In this document: positions 52,004 to 64,000 of the stretch, in pieces | Position numbering within the stretch: position 1 is the first letter of the stretch | Layout: each line of letters starts with the position of its first letter | Source of the DNA: Octopus sinensis | Lineage: Eukaryota | Length of the DNA: 64,000 nucleotides | NCBI RefSeq assembly: GCF_006345805.1 | Contig: NC_043015.1 | Coordinates: forward strand, 32,178,001 to 32,242,000 | Direction: 5' to 3' | Translations under genes and position numbers: made by a program | Notes under the pieces: model-generated | Told to the model about the DNA's origin: nothing | Seen by the model: the letters and a program-made list of their open reading frames with translations, nothing else | The model's database searches: none

Positions 52004-53213
52004 AGGTGTTTGGGAAAATTTAGACAACAATAAATTTCTCAAATTGTTCAAGAAATAGTGTGCGTAAGCTTTTTTAAAATATATTTTCGATTTTTATTGC
52101 AAATTAAAGAAAATCTAAGTTAATAGTTGATTTTAAAATTTTTTTCTGCTAAGCAAAAACAGTTCTGTCTTATTTTTAGTATTACTAGTATGAAAAATAT
52201 AAAAGTAAATATAATTAATTATAATAATGGAAGTGTTGCTTGACAGAAAAAAAAGGGTGGACTAGAAAGAAAAATGCGGGAACAGAGTGCGAGAATATCC
52301 TTAAGAATTGAACCTGGAGAAGTTCAAGACAAGGAGTAATTAAGCCTGGACAAGAAGGAAAAAAATTAATACATGACAAGGTGAAAAAATATTAAGATAT
52401 TGCTACTGAAGTTAGAATTTAAAAACTAAAATCGTAATAATGCCTTTTTATATTTTTTATTTTAACCTAAATGTTTAAATTAAAATACCCAAGAAGGTAT
52501 TTATTCTCAATTTTAGTGAAAAGTCGGCAAGTTTACAGATTAAAAATTTATATTACAAATTTCATAATTCATATATTTAAAAAATTACACAATAGCAATT
52601 TAAGCAAAATTGATAATGTCTTATAACTCCAAAGTTTTTTTTTAAGTTAGAGACTCATTTCTATATTTTGCACTAAGTTTGTTTGTTAATTCTTATTTTT
52701 AAATAGTCTGGCTGTAAATAGATAATACTTTTATCTGATAATGCAAACTTTAAAGAAATTCTTTTGATTCGCAAAAAAAAGAAGAAAAAATTCTATCTTT
52801 TACTCTTATTTTTGAATTACATATATTCGACATAAGTTTAATTTTAAACCAACATCTGTGATTTAAAATTCTTGGATAATGAGATTTGTTAAGAAAAGAA
52901 AATTTTAAAAAATAATTTAATGCTAAAAATAAGACAAATATTTTAACTTAATACAAAGAGATTTTTAAATAAAAAATATTAACTTAAATTTAAATTTGCA
53001 AAAAAAAAAAAAAAAAGTGTACGCACTATTTGCTGAACGATTTCAGATATTTATACAGCAATTTCTAACTTCAGCAGCAATATTTAAGTTTTTGTTTCCT
53101 GTCTTATAATTTACCTGGCTTAATTACCTTCTTGTCCAGTACTTCTCTAGCTTCAATACTTAAGAAAATTCTAGTACCATGTGCCCGCAGTTTTCATTGT
53201 AGTGTACTAGTGT

Positions 53214-53274
<61 letters not shown>

Positions 53275-54324
53275 ATATGCATATACATAAATATGTACGA
53301 ATGTCGGCTCAAAGGTTCATCGTCTGATTAAAATACTCTCATGGAATGTGAACAGTTGAGCATTTTTCAACATAGTCCACACATTTCTTACATCGGTGTT
53401 GCAGTGTTTGGATCTCATTGGTGTGATGGATGGCGAGAGTAGAAATATATATATATATATACATGTATATGTGTGTGTGCGTGCGTGTCTTTTTTGCTTT
53501 TCTTTATCTCATCACCTCTTAACAATTGTTGCTGGCTTGTTTGCATCCCCTAAACTTAAGCACTGACAGTGTTTCAGAAGCACCTGTTAGAAGATATGGG
53601 AGACGAAGCAGTGGTCAAAGGAGTGGGACCAAATCACTGATGCAAGGCCTTCGGTTTGAAGATATCTTCCTCCCTTTACCCCCTCCAAACCAACACCACA
53701 CATCCTGGTCAAAGGTCAAGGCCAAGCCTTCGAAAAGATAAAAAAAAACCCCACAAAACAAACACTGTGGGAATAAAAGACAGGATGGTTATGACTGGAA
53801 CGATTTTCATTGCAGATCTGCTCGGCTGGGGTTGAAAAACACAACAAAGCAACAATGACAACACTATCAAGAAACCGCTCCATATTTCAGAATATGGAAA
53901 CACACATGAATGGATGACATCTCTTATCACTGGTTTTATAGAGGAGAGGCCATATTAAAAATGGCGTCACCGAGAAATCGCCAGCGTTTTTTTTCTTTAA
54001 GAGGACAACATAGTTTTGTGCTTCGTTTGTTGTAGCTTTATCGACCGAGCACAAATCACATCAGCAAATAAATTCGAGTGAAAATATTGTTCCAATCATA
54101 GAGTCAGTGGGTTTTTCTTTCCGCGAAAAAATAGTTTATCACATACACCATTCTCTCTCCCTCTATCTTCTCTCTCTCTCTCTATTTTCTTTCTCTCTCT
54201 TTCTGTCTCTCTTTCTTCTTTCTCTTTTGTGTTTCTCTTTCTCTCTCCACCTACATACGAACACACAAGCACACACATATATCCGCATGCATTTACACCT
54301 TCTCTTTGATATGTGTGTGTGAGT

Positions 54325-54382
<58 letters not shown>

Positions 54383-54529
54383 AACTGTATGCATGTATCT
54401 GATACACGCACATATGTATATATATATATATATATATATGGGGACAGTTTTTCTTCCAAGCATGCTATACGGAAGATATAAGAAGCAAGCAATGTCGGTT
54501 GGGTTATTAACTGTTCAAAGGTAGAAATG

Positions 54530-54870
54530 CCGAATATAGATTATACCGATCCATCCAATTGCTGTATGGATGGAGAAAGAACGAAAACCAATGGTCATTT
54601 CAACTGCTTGGGAGCCACGGTTGCAAGTTATGATTTACTTAGCTTAGGGTTTGGGGAAAGAAAAATGAAGAATGCAAAACAGGTATTGGATACTTTAAGA
54701 CTTATGGCAGAGTCCAACAGTCCCTCAACATATACCAAGGTAAACATTTTTTATATATCCTTGCTAACATCAATGATGTTTTATGGATATCGATCCCACA
54801 ACAGTAGCACTACCTCTGATGATGACTTCTCAGTTCTTGAACATAAATTTTATGGCCGTGTCGTTAAGTA
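54530..54870 (+). mobile_element. Decayed RTE-type RT C-terminal fragment
   Basis: MDGERTKTNGHFNCLGATVAS...TKVNIFYISLLTSMMFYG resembles I.GE.LE.V..F.YLGS...TK..IY...V.S.LLYG. Confidence 0.6.
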
Positions 54871-55009
54871 GCTCGCTTTGCAGGCCCGTGATTTTCGGTT
54901 TCGGTCCTAATGCGTACCACCTTGGTAAGTGTCTTCTACTATAGCTTCAGCCCGACCAATGATATTTGAGTAAATTTGATAGATGGAGACTATGTGGAAG
55001 CATGTCGTC

Positions 55010-55011
55010 TA

Positions 55012-55104
<93 letters not shown>

Positions 55105-55121
55105 GTCTGCCTATCTATCTG

Positions 55122-55193
<72 letters not shown>
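55010..55193. repeat. (ATCT)n microsatellite
   Basis: Direct reading; another copy at about 29765-29843. Confidence 0.95.
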
Positions 55194-55194
<1 letters not shown>

Positions 55195-55339
55195 GTGTGT
55201 GTGTGTCTGGCGCGTGTGCATTTACGTGTGTATGTGTATTTTTGTTTTTGTTTGTCTCATCACCTCTTAAACAATTGATGTTGGTTTGTTTACAGCCCCG
55301 TAACTTAGTGGTTTCAGAAAGACGGTTGGGGAAAGTACC

Positions 55340-55806
55340 AGAATTTAAGAAAAGAAAGTATCTATACAGTTCACCGGTCAAATCACTTGACAGTTGTTTT
55401 CACATTAGTGGAAGACACGTTATTAATCGAGAGTTGGATGCAAAATTTCCCTTTTCAGGATCCTTGGCACATAACAATGTCTTCCCCTTTGTCATCCAGC
55501 TGGGTACTGATCTAGCAGTTTCGCTATCCTTTCCTGAAGCCCTCTCAGCTTCTTCATCCAATAACTTTGGACCCATTTGGTCCTGGACTCTTCCAATTTG
55601 TGAATTTTCTTAACTACTTTTAAAAAAATCATTTCTGTGTTTATTTTTATGTCTTCTTGGCTTTCTATATTTCTTAACCTAACTTGGATTTCATGCTGCC
55701 ACTCCGCTTCATCATTATGCTCTACAAGTTGGTCCCAGGTCCCTGTCCAGAATGCTCTGCATCTGGTTTCATTGTTACGTGTAATTGTCCACCAAGTTCT
55801 TGAAAC
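55340..55806 (-). mobile_element. R4/Dong-clade RT N-terminal fragment abutting (AAT/AAC)n
   Basis: FWTGTWDQLVEHNDEAEW...[17 protein letters not shown], then (frameshift) [18 protein letters not shown]...ITCLP. Confidence 0.8.
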
Positions 55807-55844
55807 AGTTGTTGTTGTTGTTGTTGTTGTTATTATTATTATTA

Positions 55845-55918
<74 letters not shown>

Positions 55919-56257
55919 TTTAAAAAAGAGAATGACGTAACTCTTTACAAAGGTTAACAGTCAAGACGAAGAGCGCGATTCGATTTTAAGATATTTTATT
56001 AGTTGAACGATATCTCAAAGTACGTCTGTCTTTGTCAAGTTCAAAATAAGAAGTGATAAAAATTCAAAATTACAGAAATTTAAACGTTAAGTATGAACGA
56101 GAGCAACCAGCGTCCACACGTTGATGGAATAACATCATCAGTTTTTCAGTTACAATTTTATAACAGGCGAAAAGAAAAAAGACAGAAAAAACCCAGAAAA
56201 AAACAGAAAGAAGAAGACGACAGAACAAAGGAAAGAAAAAGAGAGAAAGAAGAATAT

Positions 56258-57099
56258 TTAATCAAACAGTTTTGTATAAATTTGATGATATTCTCCTGTC
56301 ATATTATTCATTCCTCCAGGGCGTGATGTTAATAACCTGCAAACATATTTCTCCTCATACATCCTGAGAAGTGAAAGTGAAGTAGATTCAGAATATTTTC
56401 TTCAAAACTGCAGCCGCTTGAAAGGAAATGTTCAGCAAGTTCTTTTGAACCACTGTTTTTGTGCCTGACGTCGAATCTGTGCCCATTAAACCTTTTGTTT
56501 AATTGTTCTGTTGTGCAACCAACATAAATTAAGTTGTGTTTCGTACATTCTGCAGCGTACACCAAATGGGAATCTTTACATGTTCCACCTTTTGTATAAA
56601 TCATAACATTTCTGTTATGATTTCTGATAGAATTCACTTCACTCATGTTATTGCACAATGAACAGTGCTTACCTCTCTTGTGGCTGTTCTTTAAGGTACA
56701 GCGTGTAGATACTCCAATGTTCGTTTTCTTAGAGTCAGATATAGAGCTCAATAATTCTCTAATATTCTTATTCCGTCTAAAGGCTACAATAGGCGGCTGA
56801 GGAAATATTTGTTTGAAACGAGGATATTTTTTCGCCACATGCTGGTAACTTTCATGCAACACTTTTGAAATGCCAGCGAAATGTCGGTTCCAGTTAATCA
56901 CTAAAGGAATTCTGTCATCTGTTGTATTGTGTTTGCTAAAATTATTCGTGTAGGTTTGACTATCTTTGCTAATCTTAGCTATTTCATTTGATATTTCCTT
57001 TATTCGTGACTCACTGTAACCGCGTTTGACACAATGACATACAAAAGCATTTGCATGATTCCAGTAATCCCCTATGTCAGTACAAATCCGTTTTATCCT
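56258..57099 (-). mobile_element. 5'-truncated Penelope-like element: RT thumb, linker and GIY-YIG endonuclease
   Basis: Open from 57099: RIKRIC...KRGYS...RIPLV...LVYAAECTKHNLIYVGCTTEQLNKRFNGHR...LAEHF; after a frameshift YEEKYVCRLLTSRPGGMN. Confidence 0.9.
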
Positions 57100-57339
57100 C
57101 TAAAATTGAGGATGCACCCCCCACCCACTACTTCTGCTCATGATCAGAGATGTACATATCGTTACCCACCAAGGGACATGCTCAATTGATTAAGGTCAAA
57201 CAACTGACAAGCAGAATATTGAGCTGAATATTTGCTGTAGCCCATCTTTTATACCCAGACAAAACAATGTACATGATAACACTTCTAATCAGTTAAGATC
57301 AAAAGCCTAGAGAGCCGCTGCCCGGTACTGCATCAGAAC

Positions 57340-57344
<5 letters not shown>

Positions 57345-57412
<68 letters not shown>

Positions 57413-57491
57413 ATTGTTATTGTTATTGTTATTATTATTGTTGTTGTTATTATTATTATTGTTATTGTTATTGTTGTTGTTGTTGTTGTTG

Positions 57492-57528
<37 letters not shown>

Positions 57529-57566
57529 GATTATCATCATCATCATCATCATCATCATTATTATTA

Positions 57567-57637
<71 letters not shown>
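57345..57637. repeat. Compound (ATT)n/(GTT)n/(ATC)n microsatellite
   Basis: Direct reading. Confidence 0.95.
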
Positions 57638-57639
<2 letters not shown>

Positions 57640-57692
57640 GTTTATATATTTGTTGTGCAAGATTTTTTATGTGAAGTCGTGTGTTGAAACAG

Positions 57693-58072
57693 ATATTGTT
57701 ATATTTCGGAATGGTCATATTGCCAGTTTAGCCAATAAAAACACACGCACCATATATTTGGTGTTATTTTGCTTCAGTGTTATTTATTTTTTACGTTAAT
57801 CTTAATCTTATTTCGGCCAGAGTTCTTTCGTCACACTCCTGTTACCGCATCAGTGGTCCTTTGTTTTCTTCTTTCTTATTTGTGTCTCCCCTTACTAACC
57901 GTCAGCCATTTTGTATGCGATCACAGGAGTGTGACGAAAGAACTCTGGCCGAAATAAGATTAAGATTAATGTAAAAAATAAATAACACTGAAGCAAAATA
58001 ACACCAAATATATAGTGCGTGTGTTTTTATTGGCTAAACTGGCAAAATGACCATTCCGAAATATAACAATAT
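57693..58072. repeat. Fold-back: 150-bp inverted arms with an 80-bp spacer (Penelope pLTR-like family)
   Basis: Arms 57693-57842 and 57923-58072; homolog at about 43440-43670. Confidence 0.85.
57815..57859 (-). ncRNA. Hammerhead motif of the same family as 43508 (A9 mutated to C)
   Basis: ggacca-CTGATGC-G-GTAACA GGAG TGTGAC-GAAA-GAAC-TC|tggcc. Confidence 0.55.
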
Positions 58073-58105
58073 TATTATTATTATTATTATTATTATTGAT
58101 TATTA

Positions 58106-58174
<69 letters not shown>

Positions 58175-58199
58175 ATTTTTATTATTGTTATTATTATTA

Positions 58200-58243
<44 letters not shown>

Positions 58244-59116
58244 TTATTATTATTATTATTACTATTATTATTGTTATTATCATTATTATTATATGCAAAG
58301 TCGGAATGAAAAGAATCAAAAACGTTTAAATATGGTTGTCTTGGTCAAAACATTAAGGCTTTCATTGCTTACTTCGGGTCACGTGGGTATTTACGCTAAT
58401 CAAGGACGGCAATTCATCTCGTTAAATGCTCCACGTGGTACAGACGACAGTTTAATGGCGTCAAGTAATCGACAGTCTGTAAGATTTGACGGTTCGGTCA
58501 TCGAGAAAATGGTCGAGTGGTTTGAGGGTTGGGTTGAATGTCGGTGGTGGGAGGAATCCCGGATAAACAAGGATGGCGGGGAGGTGGAGAAAAATGGCGG
58601 CAGATTTGGTAGAGACAGAGCTGGACACGATGGTTGTAGGGAGAGGAGTGTCGGATGCAGCCGTGGTGTGTGTGTGTGACAGTGTGCTGTTGTATGATAT
58701 GATGTGTGCGTGTGAGACGGAAGTGTACGTTGTGTGAGTGGATGTGTGTGTGTGGTGTATGTGAGTGTGTGTGTGTGTGATACAATGTAATTCGCGCGCA
58801 TGTATTATGTGTGTATTTGAGTAGATATTTGGTGGATGAGGGTGAAAGTACGTGTAGTATATTGTAATGTGTGTGTATGTGTGTAAATGTGTATGGATAA
58901 TGTGAATGTGTGTGTAAATGTATATGGATAATGTGAATATGTGTGTGTGTGTTGTGTGTATGCGTGTGTGTGTGTTGTGTGTGTGCGTGTGTATGTGTGT
59001 GTGTGTTTCTGTGTGTGTGTGTTGTATGTATATGTGTGTATGTGTGTGTGTTGTGTGTATGTGTGTATGTGTGTGTTGTGTGCATGTGTGTTGTGTGCAT
59101 GTATGTGTATATGTGT

Positions 59117-59153
<37 letters not shown>

Positions 59154-60630
59154 GTGTGTGTGTGAAGAAAGTACATGTAATCAATTGTGAAATTTTCCGA
59201 AGCCAGAGAACGTAATTATATTTCCAGCAGAAACTTTCTTCATTCAACTTCACAGAATCCTTATCTATGACTCGTACTACGGAACACTCGGCTAATCATT
59301 ACTTTCACCTTTCTCCCTCTCTCTCTCTCCCCCTCTTTCCATTTCTTATTATCTTCTCTGCTTTTCTTTTCTCTCTATCCTTTGCTTTCTATCCTTCTAT
59401 CTCACTCTTTCTCTCCCTCCCTCCCTTTTTACTCCTATCCACTATTTGTGTTTCTGATTACCTACCTGTTACATACCTGTGTAAACCTACCTACCTACCT
59501 ACCTACCTACCTACATACCTGTCTATCTGTCAGTCAGGCTGTCTGCCTGTCTATCTATCAATCTGTCTCTCTGTCTGTCTATCTATCTGTCTCTCCCTCT
59601 CTCCCTCCCCCTCTCTCTCTCTCTCTATCCCCATTCCGTTCTATAGGCCCCCGCCCCCCATCGTTGTTCAATTGTATTGTCAGGTGTAAATGGTTACATG
59701 TGATGTTGCTTTGGTTGAGTTTTTCAATTGATATAATTTTATCTTGTTCCAAGTTCCGGGATTTTGATAATGTAGATATCATCATCATCATCATCTTCTT
59801 CTTCTTCTTCTTCTTCTTCTTCTTCTTCTTCTTTCCTCCCCTCCTCTGCTCCTCATCTCCTGTCCTCCTCCTCACCTCCTCACCCCCTCCCCGCCTCCTC
59901 CTCTCCCCCTCCTCCTATTATTATTATTATTATATTATTATTATTAAGGCAGAATCGTTAACACGCTGAACGAAATGCTTAGCGTCATTTCATCCGTGTC
60001 GTTGAAATTTCAACTTCTGAGTTGAAATTCCTCCGAGGTCGACTTTGCCTTTAATCCTTTCGGGGTCGATTAAAGAACCAGTCACGCACTGAAACTCAAT
60101 GTAACCAACTTAATCCCTCCCCGCAAATTTCAGGTCTCGTGCGTATAGTAGAAAAGATTATTATTATTTTTTTTTCTTGCTATTCTTGGTTTATTCTTTC
60201 AGACGTTTTTGGAATTTAGGTGTGTAAGTTATCTATAATTTTTGCCCAGCCCTGAGGCTTTTGTGTGTTCATGGTTCCATGTTGTTTTCTCCGATGTCTG
60301 ATCATAGGATGAAGTCAAGAGTTCGCTACCATAGTCTGGACAGGAAACTGCGTAATTTTAGTTTGATGTTTCTGGTTTGTTTGTGCGAGTTTTTTTTGTT
60401 TTTGGTGTCGGATTCTTCGACTTCTATGTGAGAAAAGTATTTGATTTAGTGTTGCAATTGCGACATGAGCAGCGGCATGGGCCAAAGTAGCAGAACATGG
60501 TCAAGAGGTTAATCATTACACTCAGGTCCAGAGGTTAATCCTTCACCGATGGTTTTTGTGGCTAAGGTCTTGGTGAAGGATTAACCTCTAGACCTGAGTC
60601 ATACAGATGTACCTGTGTGCGTGTGTGTGT

Positions 60631-60672
<42 letters not shown>

Positions 60673-60737
60673 GTCATGCCTTGACGTCACATGAAACAGC
60701 CCTCCTTGCCATGCTTCGAGGGTATATTCGAGAAAAA

Positions 60738-61158
60738 GGCGGCGAGCTGGCAGAATCGTTAGCACGCCGGGCGAAATGCGTAGCTGTATTTCGTCTGCCG
60801 CTACATTTTGAGTTCAAATTCCGCCGAGGTTGACTTTGCCTTTCATCCTTTCGGGGTCGATTAAATAAGTACCAGTTACGCACTGGGGGGTCGATATAAT
60901 CTACTTAATCCGTTTGTCTGTCCTTGTTTGTCCCCTCTGTGTTTAGCCCCTTGTGAGTAGTAAAGAAATAGGTATTTCGTCTGCCGTTACGTTCTGAGTT
61001 CAAATTCCGCCGAGGTCGACTTTGCCTTTCGTCCTTTCGGAGTCGATTAAATAAGTACCAGTTACACACTAGGGTCGATATAATCTACTTAATCCGTTTG
61101 TCTGTCCTTGTTTGTCCTCTCTGCGTGTAGCCCCTTGTAGGTAGTAAAGAAATAGGTA
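60738..61158 (+). mobile_element. SINE family B, head plus two tandem ~186-bp units
   Basis: tatttcgtctgccg at 60787 and 60973. Confidence 0.8.
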
Positions 61159-63044
61159 TATTCGAGAAAGCAGACGACTCCGCAGAATAAACTAAATATA
61201 TCAGAAGCAGGCGACAGGAAACCACTGCCGTATCTTTCCCCAAGAAAAAAAGAAAAAATTCATAAATCTTGACAGTTTGTTACGAAACTCCGTGATTACC
61301 TTCACTTGTACAACAAACATGGCGCATAAATAGAGCAACTACGACATGATGTAGGCTGTAACCATTGTTATTGGTTGTTTTTGCTGTTGCTGCTGTTGTT
61401 GTTTACAATACTGATTATGGTACTTCACTGTTTGCGTTTGTAGTTTGTGTTGGAGACAAACGTTTGCCAGTTATCTGCTTTTTTTTCCTGTGGCTTATGT
61501 TCTTTGTTGCATCCTTCTTTGTTGTTTGATGTTGAGTTGCATTTCAGTTGTGTGAAGTTGTCTTTCTATTGTGTTCGAGGTTATTCAGCTTTTTACGAGC
61601 TTGGATATTTTTGATGTGTAATTCGAGTTGTATATATTTTGTTTCTGGGATATGACTGTAATTACTTTCGTGTTTGTATTTACTGCAGTGTCTATATTGG
61701 TGGTTGTTATTTGTGGTATGGTTGGTGTTGTTGGTATTAGTGTTGGTGTCGGTGTTGGTGGTGATGTTGGGACGGTGCTGGTGATATTGGTATTGGTGGT
61801 GTTATGTTAGTTGTGTTGGCAGTGTGGGTGTTTTCGGTGATATTGTTGCTAATGTTGTTGGCAGTGATGGTGCTGCCGGTATCGTCGGTGATAATATCAA
61901 TGAAGTTGTTGTTGTCGTTCATGTTGGCGGATATGTTAGCAGTAGTGGTGTGTGGGTGTTGGCATTGCCAGCGGCATTAGCGTTGATGCTGCTGCTATTG
62001 TATAGTCCTAGGTCAGCCCTAGGTCACTTCAGACCTTCGAACCAAGGTGTCCCACGCCACTCTTTCGCTGGAGCTGTTCTTGCTGTTGGTTCAAAGAATG
62101 AAAATGACTTTTCCGAGACACAAATTACAGAATATTTAATGTGCATTCAGGCAGTAGATCTCCCTCCGCCACGATCGACCTCAGTTTAACATCGATGACA
62201 TGAAACTGGTCATCGTGTTTAGACATTGTTTAACGTAAAATTGGTTATCCAGACACCAGAATAGCCATCTTCCAACGCGTGATATCACCCTTATACTCTA
62301 AAACAAGGTTCTATGGACCCCTTTGATTAGTATTTTATTCTGGTGGACGACCATAACCATCCGAATTTTAAAGATGTATCTTATTGAAACTCTTTTAAAA
62401 CCCCTGTTTTGTTTTTCCTACATTCACTTATGTAGGTTGAACTACGTAAAATGTTAGAGAAAGAAACCCAGCAGTTTCTTGCAATACATACATCGGAAAG
62501 GCCTTTAAATAACTATTGTGGATCCTCAATTTACAGTTTTACGTGGACCCCGCCTCCAAAATCTTACATGGACCCCAATTAAGGACCACTACTCTAAAAG
62601 AAAGCGAAAGTACGAAGTTTATACGAGTTTTGCTGCAGTCAATACAAGAAATATGACAAGTTGCCATTTTGAACATTTTTGAATATTTTATCTTTTGCCT
62701 TTTACTTGTTTCAGTCATTGGACTGAGGCCATGCTGGGGCACAATCCTGAAGGGTTTAGCTGAACAAATAGACCTCCGTACTTATTTTTGTTTTTTAAAA
62801 TCTGGGACTTATTCTATTTGGTTCTTTTGATGAAACGCTAAGTTACAGGGACAAAAGCAAACCAACACCGGCAATCAAATGGGGTGCGGTGGGTTGGTGT
62901 TGGAGGCAAACACAAACACAAAGACACGCACGCACACACACGCACACACACACACACACACACACGCGCACACACACACACACACGCACACGCACGAACA
63001 CACATACACATACGTACAGACACACACACATACACACACACACG

Positions 63045-63101
<57 letters not shown>

Positions 63102-63387
63102 AACGGGCTTCCACATCGTTTCCGTTTGCCAAATTCACTCACAAGGTATTAGTCGATTCGGGCTAGAGAGTAGAATACGCTTACTCAAGGTGACACGCAA
63201 TGGGACTGAACCCGAAACCACATGGTTACAAAGCGAGCTTCTTAACCACACAGCTAAGTCTGAACCAATAGTTATCAAATCATCAAAAGGATAATTAATC
63301 CATGACGTTTCTGGTCATTCCTTAAAGGCAAAGCAACGCTTACTCTTATTTGTCTTGGCGATGATTTTTGCTTTACTGAACTTACGC

Positions 63388-63830
63388 AGGAGTGGCTGTG
63401 TGGTAAGTAGCTTGCTAACCAACCACATGGTTCCAGGTTCAGTCCCACTGCGTGGCACCTTGGGCAAGTGTCTTTTACTATAGCCCTGGGCCGACCAATG
63501 CCTTGTGAGTGGATTTGGTAGACGGAAACTGAAAGAAGACCGTCGTATATATGTATATATATTATATATTATATATAATATATATGTGTGTGTGTGTGTG
63601 TGTGGTGTGTTGCGTGTGTTTGTGTTTGTGTGTCTGTGTTTGTCCCCCTAGCATTGCTTGACAACCGATACTGGTGTGTTTATGTCCCCGTCACTTAGCG
63701 GTTCGGCAAAAGAGACCGATAGAATAAGTACTGGGCTTACAAGGAATAAGTCCCGGGGTCGATTTGCTCGACTAAAGGCGGTGCTCCAGCATGGCCGCAG
63801 TCAAATGACTGAAACAAGTAAAGAGAGAGT
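63388..63830 (+). mobile_element. tRNA-derived SINE family A, near full length; inverted partner at about 62690-63255
   Basis: Head gagtggctgtgtggtaag, B-box-like ggttcagtccc, tail gactgaaacaagtaaaaga. Confidence 0.75.
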
Positions 63831-64000
63831 ACTGCCACGTCCTATATTAGTTCAAAATCAATTGATATATACACACATCTGTCCTCCTCCAATATCTATG
63901 ATTTTACCCCAAACGTCTCTAAATCGACTTTTTCGTTTTCCACATGAAACGGAAAATAAGGCTGGAGAAGAAATGCCTGTCGCAAAGTGTGTTTCGTAAA

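Noticed and set aside
56117-56141. Hammerhead downstream of the Penelope ORF (CTGATGA, minus strand)
   Set aside because: The position is plausible and a short stem follows, but there is no GAAA, so it cannot be called.

Overview
Eukaryotic, repeat- and microsatellite-rich genomic DNA, most likely from an octopus (inferred from the SINE families, microsatellite load and protein divergence; not verified). There is one protein-coding gene: CCT2 (T-complex protein 1 subunit beta), on the minus strand from about 24.58 kb to about 6.1 kb. Fifteen internal/terminal coding exons (20980 down to 6324) splice in frame with canonical GT-AG sites. An inferred first exon contributes only the ATG (24536-24534) and uses a GC donor; the total is 537 aa. 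A five-unit heat-shock element lies immediately upstream. The remaining ~40 kb has no recognisable host exon. It holds decayed RTE, R4/Dong, CR1/L2-group, L1/Tx1, Penelope and Helitron/Helentron fragments, SINEs, piggyBac-, hAT- and TA-type MITEs, a 2.1-kb 37-bp minisatellite and many microsatellites. The most unusual signal is a set of minimal type I hammerhead-ribozyme motifs from about four sequence families, some in fold-back pairs. One pair lies inside CCT2 intron 2, and three motifs have a CCGANGA instead of CUGANGA core. All structures were folded by eye; no database search was run.
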